Assembly (NCBI RefSeq): GCF_001194135.2
Contig: NC_068986.1
Coordinates: 20,120,532 to 20,162,471 of the forward strand
Reading direction: 5' to 3'
Length of the DNA stretch: 41,940 bases
DNA from: Octopus bimaculoides
Taxonomy: Eukaryota
Part shown: one piece after another, positions 10,916 to 22,884 of the stretch
Layout: each line of letters begins with the position of its first letter
Numbering within the stretch: position 1 is the stretch's first letter
Translations under genes and position numbers: made by a program
The notes under the pieces: model-generated
Told to the model about the DNA's origin: nothing
Databases searched by the model: none
The model's input: only the letters and a program-made list of their open reading frames with translations

Positions 10916-13852
10916 AAACACAAGATTTATTTCACCATACGAATTCACACCAAGAATCTAGCAAATCAAATACAAAAACGAGATAATAAAGTATATTTTC
11001 TCTAAATTGTGTGAGCTCATGCCTGTTTTAGAAACCCAGGAAAGATCTCTGACCGATATCCTAGAGTTTACAGGTGAAAACGCCAGACATTTATCATCTA
11101 AGATTGTAAGTAAGAATGAGTTACCTGTTTGAGTGAATAACAAATATTAACAAATACTCTCATCACATTTTTCATTGAATTTGTTAGTGACATGCAAGTT
11201 TGTGTCACTATTGCAAACCTACATTTTTTTCCTTCGAAATCCACTTGCTTTTCTTTCATTGAAATTCTCCAATATCTGGTTATTCGCGAAACTTTGACAT
11301 GTTAAATATTCAGTTGATGTTAATAAATATTTTTTTTTTCTTTGGTTTGTAAAATGTGAAATTTTCCTTGGTTGTCAGATAATTACGGATTCCCGGAGAT
11401 CTTACGCCCTTTCGCAAGACATCAGTTTCGGCGTCTACAAGCAACATCATGGTGTATGAAGTGAATTTCATGAACACAAACTAAGCTACAGCTTTTAAAC
11501 AAAAAAATCTCGAGAATACGTGAATATAAATTAAAACCAAGTTCGAAATATACTTTGGTATTGACAAAAAGTTGTAACTGTCTAACTTCCAAGAATGTTT
11601 GTGCACGAAAACTCTAGTGGAAAAAATTCAATCAACAACTTGTTTCTAACACAAAAATTATAATTATCACAAGCAAATTAATGTAATGAAAATAATTAGC
11701 GTAATGCATATAATGTTTATAATTAAATTATAATACACAATACATAACGTAATAATGAAAAAAAATATTCTCATGTAATAATGTAAAATAAATTTTCTTT
11801 CGCCTGCTGCATTCTTTTGATGGAAACAAAACTGAGTATTTCAGTATTATCTTACAGCAATGTATTCTCCAATAAAAAAAACTTAAGCAAATACATTTCT
11901 CTCGAGTTATATGACATAGTTTCTCCAACAGCAAAATCCAGTTATGTCCTTTGTTTATATAACATACTCCCACAGTTACTGATGACTGCACCGAAAGCCA
12001 TAAAGCCGTGCATTCTCCAAGATAATTTTTTTAATGCATTTACAATCATTATCTTTATATATAACATTCATATTAATAACATACAGAACATTTTAAATGA
12101 CTTCTTTTGTATATTTTTTTCTTCGTTTATATTATTTATCTATTTGTTTTGGATGGTATTTGAACAATTTACATAAAAATAAAGAATCCGTTAACGTAAC
12201 CAACCGGTCGATAATGTTGTCACCACTTTAATAGATATTACACATTATTTTTTCATTGGAAATTATTTCAGTCAGCAATTTTGATAGCAATGCTGCAGTT
12301 TCATGTTATATTTTGAAAATATCTTCGACCGTAACTATCAGGTTACTGCAATAAAGTTACTGCAATAAAGTAGAAAGCCTGAATGTGAAACAAAACAAGG
12401 AAATTGTTATAAAACAAACCATAACTACTTTTATATTCTTTACTCTTATGCACTTTTACTGGTTATAGCCAAGTTGGCGTGGCAATACTGGGACTATGCC
12501 ATCAATAATTTGTTACTATTTTAACCAGATTTTTTTATGCCGAGATATAAATGCTGGAGAAAAGTGCTTCTTCACGGGAAACCAGTTATCGTACTCATAT
12601 CAAATATATCACGTTTATATAACAATACATTTTGTGAGCAAAAACATCGCTAAAATACATATGTATCTCTCTCGTAGCTCGGCGAATATCATAAAACACT
12701 AAAGATAAATTGGTTTATATAGCAACAATTATGTAAAGTGATTAATTGATATTTTAAATAAGTTCACTGGGTGTTTTTACCAAGTTGTCATTACAATAAT
12801 TTATAACATTTTATAAGTTCCATAACTTTCTGAAATTAGTATTTTCCCTCTTTACTTTTCGTCACCATAAAGTAACACAATATTTGATCTAGAACCGTAC
12901 AGCACAACCTTTTTCAGAAAGTGGCCTACAAAAACTTCATGAACTTCCAAATATAGATTTTCTATTTATTGAATTATGCAATACAGAAGAATATAGTATT
13001 CTCCGTGGCCCACTAAAACTTTGGAAAGGACTTGATGGACAGTCAGTACTACATTACGTATCACAAGTCTAGAAGATGCCCTAGTTAGGGTTCATTCTTA
13101 TACTTCAGGTTGATATATCTGGCTGCGACGATATATTTCATCTATATGATGTATTTATAACCCAGGGCCAGCTCTGTTTGTGCAGTTCTAAGATCAAAGA
13201 TATTCATATCCTGACTATTCCGTATTTTTACATACCCTGCTTTAAATGTGTCCTTCCATCCCGAAGACGATTGTGTAATTAAAACGGAATGTGGTTTAGG
13301 AAAACTTACTGTTATTTCTAGCGAAACTAGTGACCACATAGAAGATCTCTCGTTGGCTCGATCCGCTGGCATGTTATTAACAGGTAGTTTGACAATGTTA
13401 CGTCATAATGTTGTAAACACTAAACTTGTTGATAGCTGATCTCCACAGTATCAGACCGAAATTACTATCTATAGTTTATATTTAAACTAGTATTCAGCTT
13501 TGATTAACGTATGGAAATTGTTATTTCTGTAAAAAAAAAAAATCCCTAGTTTCTTGATGCGATTATGTATAATTATATATTTTGGAAAATTATCAAGTTT
13601 TCTAAATGGAAATTAAATACCTTAATTAATTACAAGTTTTACGTTTCTCTGACAATAGAACTTCGTATCGGTTCCATAATGATAAAGAAGGTAAACAAGT
13701 ATGTGTCTGATTAGCACAGACATGAATAACATTGCAATAATTACACGTAATTTACTTTAATCTTCAGCAGTACGGATTTTTAAAGTAATATCTAAAAATG
13801 GTCAAACAACATAAAATTGCAGCACGGATTTCTTTGAAGTGTTGACATTCTT

Positions 13853-14035
13853 AGGTGGCGAGCTGGTAGAATCGGTTGTTGGTCGGACGAAATGTTTGGC
13901 GTCATTCCTTCCAGCTCTTTACGTTATGGTTTCAAATACCGCCGAGGTCAACTTTGCCTTTCATCCTTTCGGGGGTCGATAAATTAAGTACCAGTTGCAT
14001 ACTGGGTCGATCTAATCGGCTGGTCCCCTCCCCTC
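13853..14035 (+). mobile_element. SINE family B (the one clear plus-strand copy)
   Basis: GGTGGCGAGCTGGTAGAATCG...GGTTTCAAATACCGCCGAGGTCAACTTTGCCTTTCATCCTTTCGGGGGTCGATAAATTAAGTACCAG. Confidence 0.85.
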
Positions 14036-14039
14036 AAAC

Positions 14040-15457
14040 TGCTACTCCTGACTCCAGAGGACATTTTCGCAAAATTAAATGCTTGAAAAATGTTCTCCAA
14101 ATTGGATCTGTCTGACGCTTATTTATAGATTATGCTTAAAGTATCTGACAATAAATACACATAGAGGATTATACAGATATACCCGTTATTTTCTGGATTA
14201 TAGGTTGCACTGGCAATATTTCACCAAATCATGGACGCTATGTTATCTGATTGTGAATTTACAATCCCTTATTTGGACGATATATTGAATAATAGTAATT
14301 CCCGTGAACAGCCTTGTGGGACATATAAAAGCAGTGTTCAAGAAAATTAGAGTACGAGTTCACTTTGAGTGAAGAAAAAATGCGAATTCTTTTTACCTCA
14401 AATTAAGTACTTAGGGCAAATAATTGATAAAAAATGGTAGACGGCTTGACCCGTCAAAGGCAGATGCAATAAATAATATGCCTGCTCCGACAAATATACC
14501 AACATTACAAGCGTTTTGGGGGCTGGCAAACTACTACCAAAACTACATTCCTAATATGCACAAATGAAGAGCCCCATTGAATGACTTATTATAAAAGGAA
14601 GTAAAATAGAATTGGTCGGTTAAATGCCAAAACGCGTTTGAAGAAATAAAAAAAAATTCTAATCGCAGGTTTATCTCTAGCGCATTTCGATCCTGAAAAG
14701 GACATTGCTGTAGCGGTTGATGCTTTGGAGTACGGAATAGGAGCAGTTTTGCTACACAAGTATAAAGATGATAGTACGAAACCAGTGATTCATGTTTCGC
14801 GCTCGCTGATTGCGGCAGAAAAAAAATACAGTTAGATAGAAAAAGAAGCCATATCGATTATCTTTGCTGTAAAAAATTTCACAGGTTTCTACATGGTAGA
14901 AATTTTCTGTTACAAAAAGATCATCAGCCATTGCTATCAATTTATGGGTCAAAGAAAGGGTTACCTACCCATACAGCAAACCGACTACAATGTTGGGGTA
15001 TTATATTACTAAATTACAATTTCAAAATGCAGTATATTCCATCGAAAAAAATTGGTCATGCAGACTGTCTATCGAGACTAATTCTCCTATCGTTGTAAGA
15101 GATAAAGTGCATTTTAAAACCTACAGAAATGGTAAAGACGGCTGAGGGGATGACCTTGTAACCAAAACAATAGGAAGTACGAAGAATCTAATTAAAGGAC
15201 CATGCTGGGAACATAGGAGATACATAAATCAGCTAAAGAAGAGACATACCGAAGAAGGAAGAGAAATTCCTACAGAAGTATTTTTTGATGTATTCGAGGT
15301 CCCAGCACCGAAAATAATGGAGTTTGGTAGAACCAGCATAAGAAAACGGAAGCAGATTGAACACCTTCAGATAAGGCCCAAGCGAAAAAGATGCTAAAAA
15401 ATAATAATAAATAAAATTTCTTTATTCTTTCAGAATTTGAAATCTCAAAAGGGGAGA
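14040..15457 (+). mobile_element. Decayed Ty3/gypsy LTR retrotransposon pol (RT, RNase H, integrase C-terminal tail); 5'-truncated, integrase core deleted
   Basis: Frameshifted and stop-containing translations FSKLDLSDAYL, KYLTINTHRGLYRYTR, YLDD (14270-14281), VDALEYGIGAVL, AEKKYS*IEKEA, then DKVHFKTYRNGK...RRYINQLKKRH; PPT AAAAGGGGAGA at 15447-15457. Confidence 0.9.
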
Positions 15458-15711
15458 TGTTGTGGTGAGAGTACGACAACCTTTGACGAGAATAGACGGG
15501 ATATAAATAGCAGCGGTCTGACGTAGTCGGCAGTTCGTAGTTTGGTTTTCGAAGTCCAGGTACAGTTTAGAGTTCGAGTTAGTGTGTTGGAAATATTGAT
15601 TGTTGGTTCGTTACGTGTTTGTTTACTGCCGCTGTTTCTACTTTGTATTGTTATAACACTATTACAGTGTATTCTTTATCTATCGTCGACAATATCAACC
15701 GTACTACGACA
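15458..15711 (+). mobile_element. 3' LTR of the gypsy element
   Basis: Starts TGTTG directly after the PPT, contains TATAAATA near 15502, ends ...TACGACA (TG...CA, imperfect inverted ends). The 3' boundary is inferred. Confidence 0.7.
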
Positions 15712-16146
15712 TTGGAGGCATAAGGACATAACAGTTTACATATTTTTTCTGTCACTGTCCTTGCTTATTCATTTCTTCGATATATATAATTTTTGCCATT
15801 CTACTCATAAATCGTCTTTACTTACCGAGTCTAGAGACCATTTTTTTTTTTTTTTTATTGTACTAGTCTCATTTTTTTTTTTTTTTGTTTGTATTCGTCT
15901 TTCATGTTCGTTTGTTTCCACTCCAGCATCTTGTGTTGCTGGCACCGTCAAATTGAAGAATGTTAGGTATCGAAATTCTAGTGATATTTGATTGATAACT
16001 GATGAGAGACTGAGCATGTCCGCATCTGTTATGTGCGTTTTTCCCTGTTAGTCAGTATTTGTCATCGCCCTGTGCCAGCTTCTTATTGATTTAAAAATTT
16101 ACGCAATAAATTTTTTGAGAACTAGTAATTAATACAGTAATTAATA

Positions 16147-16563
16147 GGCGCAGGAGTGGCTGTGTGGTAAGTAGCTTGCTTACCAACCACATGGTTCCGG
16201 GTTCAGTCCCACTGCGTGGCACCTTGGGCAAGTGTCTACTACTATAGCCTCGGGCCGACCAAAGCCTTGTGAGTGGATTTGGTAGACGGAAACTGAAAGA
16301 AGCCCGTCGTATATATGTATATATATATATATGTGTGTGTGTGTGTTTGTGTATGTGTTTGTCCTCCCACCAACGCTTGACAACCGATGGTGGTGTGTTT
16401 ACGTCCCCGTAACTTAGCGGTTCGGCAAAAGACCGATAGAATAAGTACTAGGCTTCCAAAGAATAAGTCCTGGGGTCGATTTGCTCGACTAAAAGGCGGT
16501 GCTCTAGCATGGCCGCAGTCAAATGACTGAAACAAGTAAAAAAAGTAAAAAAAAAAGTAAAAG
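16147..16563 (+). mobile_element. SINE family A, full-length bipartite copy with internal microsatellite
   Basis: tRNA-like head (A-box TGGCTGTGTGG, B-box GGTTCAGTCCC), body, (TA)n(TG)n, second module ...GCATGGCCGCAGTCAAATGACTGAAACAA, (GTAAAA)n-like tail. Confidence 0.9.
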
Positions 16564-17319
16564 TAATTTCTGTTTATAGAGTTTCATGTTTTCGTCATTA
16601 ATATCCGAAATTTTTTAACGTTATTTCAGTTGACAATGATATATTTCTAAAACATATATTATGATAAATAACGGTTGCAAAATGCCATTATGTGAGTAAT
16701 TTATAACAAATAATTGCTATAAATAACTCCTTAATACCCATGTAAGTCTTTTTCGAAATCAAGTTTCGCGTGAAGTCGTCATAAACAAGATCTTTCCAGT
16801 GATGTGTTAGCTTAAAGTTGCTCAATAATGTTGTTCTATTACAGTCATCTTAATTAATAAGTCATGAACAGATTCGTTTAACCACCCAACTTCATTAATT
16901 CACGCCTATAACTCAGTAATTGAGGCCGTAAAACGTAGCCTGTAAAGAGATCAAATTTAAGATACATATAGAATTCCTACTTAGCCTATAAATAAAAACT
17001 GCGATAGATGTATGTGGGATTCACAGTTGATCTGCTTACTGGACATAGGGGCGCTTCTCTGGTGTCCGGGGCCAGTAGGGGGTTAGGTTTACGGGTTGCT
17101 ATGATCCCGTTTAAGTGACTTCATCTTACCCCAATGCGGTGGAGAAGGTAGTGTGGTGGACAAGGAGAAGAAGAATAAAAAGGAGAAGCAAAAGAGAAGA
17201 AAACGAAAGAAGGGAAGAAAAGGAAGAGGACGAGGAAGAAGAGGGGTAGGAAGAGGAAGAGGAAGAGGAGGCATGGTGGAAAAGAGGATGGGAAAAAGAA
17301 GAAGAAAAAGAAGAAGAAG

Positions 17320-17740
17320 AAGACAAGATCAACACTTGGAGATGGATAAGAAAGAGTGATCTGAAAGGATGCACTGAGGCATTGATATGCAGCACCCAGG
17401 AACAAGCTCTGAGAACTAATTACACCAAGTTCCAAATAGATAAGAGTAGTGAATCGCTCCTTTGTAGGGTGTGTGGCAGCAGAAACGAAACAGTCTCACA
17501 TATTGTGAGTGAATGTAGCAAACTGGCCCCAAAGCACTACAATTGGAGGCACGATAACGTGGCTAAATTCGTCCACTGGAGGCTATGTGAAAATTACGGA
17601 CTGAACAGAGCATGGAAAGGATACGAACATAAATCAGAAGTAGTCACCGAGAACAAGGAGCATAAGATACTGTGGGATTTTACAATCCAATGTGACTCTC
17701 TAATCGATGCTCGGAGACCAGATATTGTTGTGGTATCCTT
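17320..17740 (+). mobile_element. R4/Dong-type (restriction-like endonuclease) non-LTR retrotransposon fragment
   Basis: In-frame WRWIRKSDLKGCTEALICSTQEQALRTNY, CCHC knuckle CRVCGSRNETVSHIVSEC, RHDNVA and RRPDIVVV motifs; breaks off at the PD motif. Confidence 0.85.
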
Positions 17741-17879
17741 ACCCAATGCAAGCCAGATATTGTTGTGGTATCCTTACCTAATGCAAGCCAAAGTTAACAA
17801 ATTCACCAAAGTAGTTACAGCCTAAAGGGAGATAATTGAGAAAGACTTGAAAGTTAACGTAATATTGTAAACATGTGCA

Positions 17880-18083
17880 GTAAATATAACAAATGATCCA
17901 GAAACCTTTTCCGGTAATGGATCGATCCCAAAATCTAACCAGTTCGTGGCAGTCATGAGGCCAAACATCCCTGAAAGTTTCATCCGAATCTACTCAGCGG
18001 TTCTTGAGATATCTTGTCCACGGACAAACAAACAAATACGACTGGAAACAATACTTCCGCTTTCGCTAAGGCGGATGTAATAA
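17880..18083 (+). mobile_element. Non-autonomous Helentron-like (HINE/DINE-type) element
   Basis: AAAGTTTCATCCGAATC...TCTTGAGATATCTTG...GGACAAACAAACAAA...GAAACAATACTTCCGC with 3' hairpin TACTTCCGC/GCGGATGTA (18052-18079); recognised by recalled resemblance to this class. Confidence 0.6.
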
Positions 18084-18107
18084 CAATGATGATGATGATG
18101 ATGATGA

Positions 18108-18480
18108 TCCTTTCTCATATAGGCACAAGGCCTGAAGTTTTGGGGGAAGGGGTTAGCTCGATTACATGGACTCCCAGAGCTTGACTGATACTGATTTTAT
18201 TGACTCCGACGGAATTTGAACTCAGAACGTAAAGATCCGAAAGAAATGCTGCAAAACATTTTGTCCGACGCACTAATACGACAAGGTATGTTTCGACGCT
18301 CTAACGATTCTGCAAATTCGCCATTTTAATGGTTTCTAATTCAGGCTCAAAGCGTGCAGTTGACTTTCACTTTATTTTACCAACTCTGGAGGGATGAAAG
18401 GTGAGCACGACCTCGGCAGGATTTGAACTCAGAACGGGAAAAGCCGTGACTAAATACTGCAAGGCTTTTCCCCAACATGC
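18108..18480 (-). mobile_element. Two adjacent degraded SINE family B copies
   Basis: Tail type 2 ending in (ATC)n, and two GGAATTTGAACTCAGAAC cores (about 18211 and 18419). Confidence 0.75.
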
Positions 18481-19049
18481 ACTGAGGTTATTAGTATTTG
18501 TCCGTGTCCTTTCACTGGCGCTGCATTCCATCCATAGTAAAGACAATTAATTATCGCCGACTCAGATCACCAACCTGTAAATAGATATCAAAAGTAGGTG
18601 GGTACCGCTCAGCGCTGTAAATAGCAGAAGCACAGAAAAAAAAATGGACGAGTTATTAGCGCCAGAGTCTCAACTTCAAGACCTTCTATGAAGTAACATT
18701 ACTGCTTTGTTTATGAAACACTACAGCCGCAACACTAAAGTGGACCAAAGATAACATAAAAATGAAATAAAAGAAGAGAAACTGCTGCAACAAGAAAGAA
18801 AGGAATGTGAAGTAGGAAAATATGAAGGAAAAGTTATGCCTAAGAAATTAACGTCATTGGAAACTATTATTATCATAGAAGAGCAAAATAACAATACTGT
18901 GTGCAAGTATGATAGGCATAAATGAAGGTGAATTCAAGTATGTCTGTCTAGAGATAGTTGCTGTAGAAATCATGCGCCGTATGAATGGAGAAAAATTTAA
19001 TGGTGGCGTGAGTAGATAAAGTCAAGTGTATTGTATATTAAGTGTATTG

Positions 19050-19217
19050 CATATTATAGTCGGTTAAAATAGAACGATAGATTAGAGAAGGAAGAGGAAA
19101 CAGTAAAGGAGATAGAGAGGGGGAGAGATCAGGAGAGGCTATGTGATGAAAAAAGAGGAGAAATGGAAGTACTGTAGAGAAGAGTGGAGAAGCGGAAGGA
19201 GGTGAGAAAGAGAAATT

Positions 19218-19263
<46 letters not shown>

Positions 19264-19700
19264 AAAGAGAAAAAGGTTTGTTTGAAGAAAAGAGAGAAGG
19301 AAAGAAATGAAATAGTATAAGAAAGAGGGAGAAGAAAAATAGGGTAAGAAAGAGAATTATCTAAGAAGAAAATGAAAACAGGAAGAGAAAGGGAAAGACT
19401 GATAAATATATTTAATTTAAAGAAAGAAAAGAGGAGAATGACAGAGAGAAACGACAAGATTAAGAAAGAGAAAAGAGGAAAGAAAGAAGGGAGAATGAAA
19501 AGCGAAAAGGAAGACAAAAGAGAAGAAAAAGAGAAGTAGAAGAAAAGAAAAAATAAAGACATAAAATTGAGGAAAAGTTTATAGAAGGAGATAAAATAAG
19601 AAGAGAAAGCGAAACAGATATTGAGAGAGAGGAACAGATATAAAGCAAAGGTAATAAAGAGAGAGGGTTAGGAAGACAGAGAGAGTGAGAAAGAAAGCTA
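19050..19700. repeat. Polypurine (GA-rich) low-complexity tract
   Basis: Direct reading. Confidence 0.9.
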
Positions 19701-19705
19701 TTGAA

Positions 19706-19837
19706 CAGAAGTTTTCAAATAGGGTCCATATGACCCTTGGGGGTCCACATAAGATTTTGTTGTTAAAATTTATGTCCAATAAATGGGTTTTATTTCTACT
19801 ATTGACAAAATAATTTTTACAATTGTTATACAATCCC
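19706..19837 (+). mobile_element. Partial hAT-like MITE end
   Basis: CAGAAGTTTTCAAATAGGGTCCATATGACCCTTGGGGTCCAC resembles the terminus of the 32363-32735 element. Confidence 0.45.
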
Positions 19838-20030
19838 TGCAGGAGTAGCAGTGTGGTAAGATGCTTGCTTCCCAACCTAATGGTTTCGGGTTCAGTCCCA
19901 CTGAGTGGCACCTTGGGCAAGTGTCTCCTACTATAGCCTCGGGCCGACCAAAGCCTCGTGAGTGGATTTGGTAGACGGAAACTGAAAGAAGTCCGTCGTG
20001 TGTGTATATATACATATATATATATATAAA
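19838..20030 (+). mobile_element. SINE family A, 5' half
   Basis: GCAGGAGTAGCAGTGTGGTAAG...GGTTCAGTCCCAC...GAAAGAAGTCCGTCG. Confidence 0.85.
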
Positions 20031-20039
20031 ATTTTTAAA

Positions 20040-20211
20040 AAATGGAGAAAACTTTTGACCAACAAACAAACTAATTGGACCACATCTGTAGATTATTTTT
20101 TAATACAAAACATGGCATAATATTTCTGTCATAGAATGTTGCATTAAAAAATAACCTACAAATGTGGTCCAATTTGTTTGTTAGTTTGTTGATCAAAAGT
20201 TTTCTCCATTT
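20040..20211. repeat. Long near-perfect inverted repeat (fold-back, possible MITE)
   Basis: AAATGGAGAAAACTTTTGACCAACAAAC...TTGGACCACATCTGTAGATTATTTTTTAATACAA pairs with 20139-20211; loop about 30 nt. Confidence 0.85.
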
Positions 20212-20397
20212 CCTGATTATTTAAATTTGATTCCTGATAAACTTTCTTTCATTCTGTTGTTACCTGTACCCTAAGCGCATACTGTGCCTGCATACCCATA
20301 CCCAGCAATAGCACAGATAGCTGTTACCGACAGTAAATGCGGATATTTTCATCCCTTAGTCGGTTACTACAACCGCTAACTCTGCTTACCTATATAC

Positions 20398-20428
<31 letters not shown>

Positions 20429-20439
20429 TGTATATATTT

Positions 20440-20640
20440 GTGTCTGTATCAGTCGCCCCAACAATCGCTTGACAACCGATGTTGGTGTGCTTACGTCCCC
20501 GTTACTTAGCGGTGCGGCAAAAGATACTGATAGAACAAGTACAAGGCTTACAAAGAATAAGTCCTGGGGTTGGTTTGTTCGACTAAAGGCGGTGCTTCAG
20601 CATGGCCGCAGTCAAATGACTGAGACAAGTGAAAGAATAA
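20440..20640 (+). mobile_element. SINE family A, 3' module
   Basis: CGCTTGACAACCGATGTTGGTGTG...GCATGGCCGCAGTCAAATGACTGA. Confidence 0.85.
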
Positions 20641-20844
20641 TTCCTAATAATGTTTAATTATAAAAATAAAATAGGATTTTTTTAAACATGGAATGGCTGG
20701 TCCATCCAAGTAAAATAGGGACCACAAGGGTCGATTGGCAAGAAATGGTTGAGAATCACTGCTGCAGAAGAATGGAGAGAGTAGAGGAAGAAGATGTAAG
20801 AACCAGAAAGGCAGAGAAAGAAAAGATTTTTAAAATTCTTTCTA

Positions 20845-21050
20845 CTGGAAGCACAAGGCCTCAAATTTGGGAGAAGGGATTAAGTCGATCACATCTACCC
20901 CAGTACACAACTGGTACTTAATTTATCGACTTCGAAAGGATGAAAGGTAAAGTCGACCTCGGTGGAATTTGAACTCAGAATTTAAAGACAGACGAAATAG
21001 CGCTAAGCATTTCGCCCGGCGTGCTAATATTTCTGCCACCTCGCCGCCTT
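20845..21050 (-). mobile_element. SINE family B, tail type 2
   Basis: Core and head match. Confidence 0.85.
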
Positions 21051-21119
21051 GAATAAAGTGGAAGAAAAAAAAAAAAAAAAAGATGAAGAGAAAATGATAA
21101 CCTGAGGCGAGAACAAGAG

Positions 21120-21298
21120 GGAGAGAGAGAAGAGTATAAAAAGAGAGAGAGAAGGGTATAAAAAGAGAGAGCGAAGGGTATAAAAAAAGAGAGAGAAGGG
21201 TATAAAAAGAGAGAGAGAAGGGTATAAAAAGAGAGAGNNNNNNNNNNAGAGAAGGGTATAAAAAGAGAGAGAGAAGGGTATAAAAAGAGAGAGAGAAT
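21120..21298. repeat. ~22-bp minisatellite (AGAAGGGTATAAAAAGAGAGAG)n
   Basis: About seven units, interrupted by a 10-N gap. Confidence 0.85.
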
Positions 21299-21924
21299 GA
21301 GAGAGAGAGAGAGGGGTGAGGAGTAAGGCTGCAGAAAGACTAATATGTGAAGAAACAGACGATGGTCAGAACCAAAATAAAATCTAAGTGAGAGATGATG
21401 AGAGGAAGAGTAGGAGAACGAGAAAGAAATACAATGAGAAAAAGATAGAGATAGAGAGAGAGAGAAAGAGGTGGGGCAGAGGAGTGACGACGCAGGCATT
21501 TGAAATCCACAGGTTGTGGTGGGAGGAAGGGTGAACGTAAAAGTTTCTATCAGTCAAATAGATTGGGAAAGGAATTTTGCAGTGCGTTGCCAGTTGAACA
21601 TTTTCAAGGAGTGACAGACAGATTAGCGACGACTTATATCAATAAAGAACTCACCGAAAGGAATGGCATAGAGGAAAACGGAAGTGGTGGAATCCGGAAG
21701 TTCACGGCGTTGTGTCTGCGGCTGATATTAGTTTAATCCTAGCTGCCAATTACTAAACATTCAATTAATTTTACTAATTGATACAGAAAAGAAAAACCTG
21801 TTGCTGTAAGAGTAAACAGATCAAAGCGAAAACATTTTCAATTATTTACGTCAGAAAAAAAATTAATTAATTGATTAATTAATTAATTAATTATTAACAT
21901 ACGTCATCCGTATGAATTTTTTTT

Positions 21925-22170
21925 ACTTGTTTCACTCACTGGACTGCAGCCATGTTGGTGCAACTCATTTGACTAAACTCCTTGAAGGGTTTGATCGAAC
22001 AAATTCACATCAATAATAATAATAAAAAAAAAAGTCTGCTATTCATTCTAACAGACTCTTTTGCTTAACCACTAAGTCACGTGCACGTACACAAACCAAC
22101 ACCGGTTGTCAAGCAGTGTGGATGGAGGAGAAAACACAAGCACAAAGGCATACCCCAGACATATACATAA
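21925..22170 (-). mobile_element. SINE family A, 3' module
   Basis: TTACTTGTTTCA...GACTGCAGCCATG...ACACCGGTTGTCAAGC. Confidence 0.75.
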
Positions 22171-22216
22171 ATGCATACAGACATAAGTATATATCTGTAT
22201 AGATATACATACATTG

Positions 22217-22302
<86 letters not shown>

Positions 22303-22304
<2 letters not shown>

Positions 22305-22409
22305 TCTGTGGAAGAGCGTAGGCTCGAAAGGTTAAAGACATTTTCACTTCCCGAGCGCTAAACTAATACATCTGTTTGTTGTCTACCACCTGTCTTCGTC
22401 TTTTTTTTT
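22303..22409 (+). mobile_element. Short Penelope-like terminal repeat with hammerhead-like motif (copy 1 of 3)
   Basis: CTGTGGAAGAGCGTAGGCTCGAAAGGTTAAAGAC; homologous to 28924-29009 and 36655-36770. Confidence 0.6.
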
Positions 22410-22736
22410 NNNNNNNNNNNNNNNNNNNNNNNNNNNNNNNNNNNNNNNNNNNNNNNNNNNNNNNNNNNNNNNNNNNNNNNNNNNNNNNNNNNNNNNNNNN
22501 NNNNNNNNNNNNNNNNNNNNNNNNNNNNNNNNNNNNNNNNNNNNNNNNNNNNNNNNNNNNNNNNNNNNNNNNNNNNNNNNNNNNNNNNNNNNNNNNNNNN
22601 NNNNNNNNNNNNNNNNNNNNNNNNNNNNNNNNNNNNNNNNNNNNNNNNNNNNNNNNNNNNNNNNNNNNNNNNNNNNNNNNNNNNNNNNNNNNNNNNNNNN
22701 NNNNNNNNNNNNNNNNNNNNNNNNNNNNNNNNNNNN

Positions 22737-22778
<42 letters not shown>

Positions 22779-22884
22779 CCTACACCCTTCACACACACAC
22801 ATACACACGTACACACACTCGCATATATGTACATATAGTTATGTACAGTCACTTTTAATACATTCGTGTTACAGGTACACACAC

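Noticed and set aside
11979-11996. CTGATGA...CGAAA as a hammerhead ribozyme
   Set aside because: Stem II cannot close (C opposite C) and no stems I or III are evident.
13142-13439. Overlapping 76-aa and 63-aa ORFs on opposite strands
   Set aside because: No recognisable domain or consistent splice structure.
16147-16230. SINE heads as tRNA genes
   Set aside because: A/B boxes are present but there is no complete cloverleaf, and each continues into a repeat body.
17030-17160. GC-rich patch as an HDV-like ribozyme
   Set aside because: A 6-bp P1-like helix exists, but P2, P3 and J4/2 could not be assembled; it remains an unassigned repeat fragment.
18640-18930. Degenerate frame MDELLAPESQLQDLL*...
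   Set aside because: Multiple stops, purine-biased composition and no recognisable family.
21120-21298. Minisatellite as a CRISPR array or TATA-box array
   Set aside because: Eukaryotic low-complexity repeat with no unique spacers and no cas genes.
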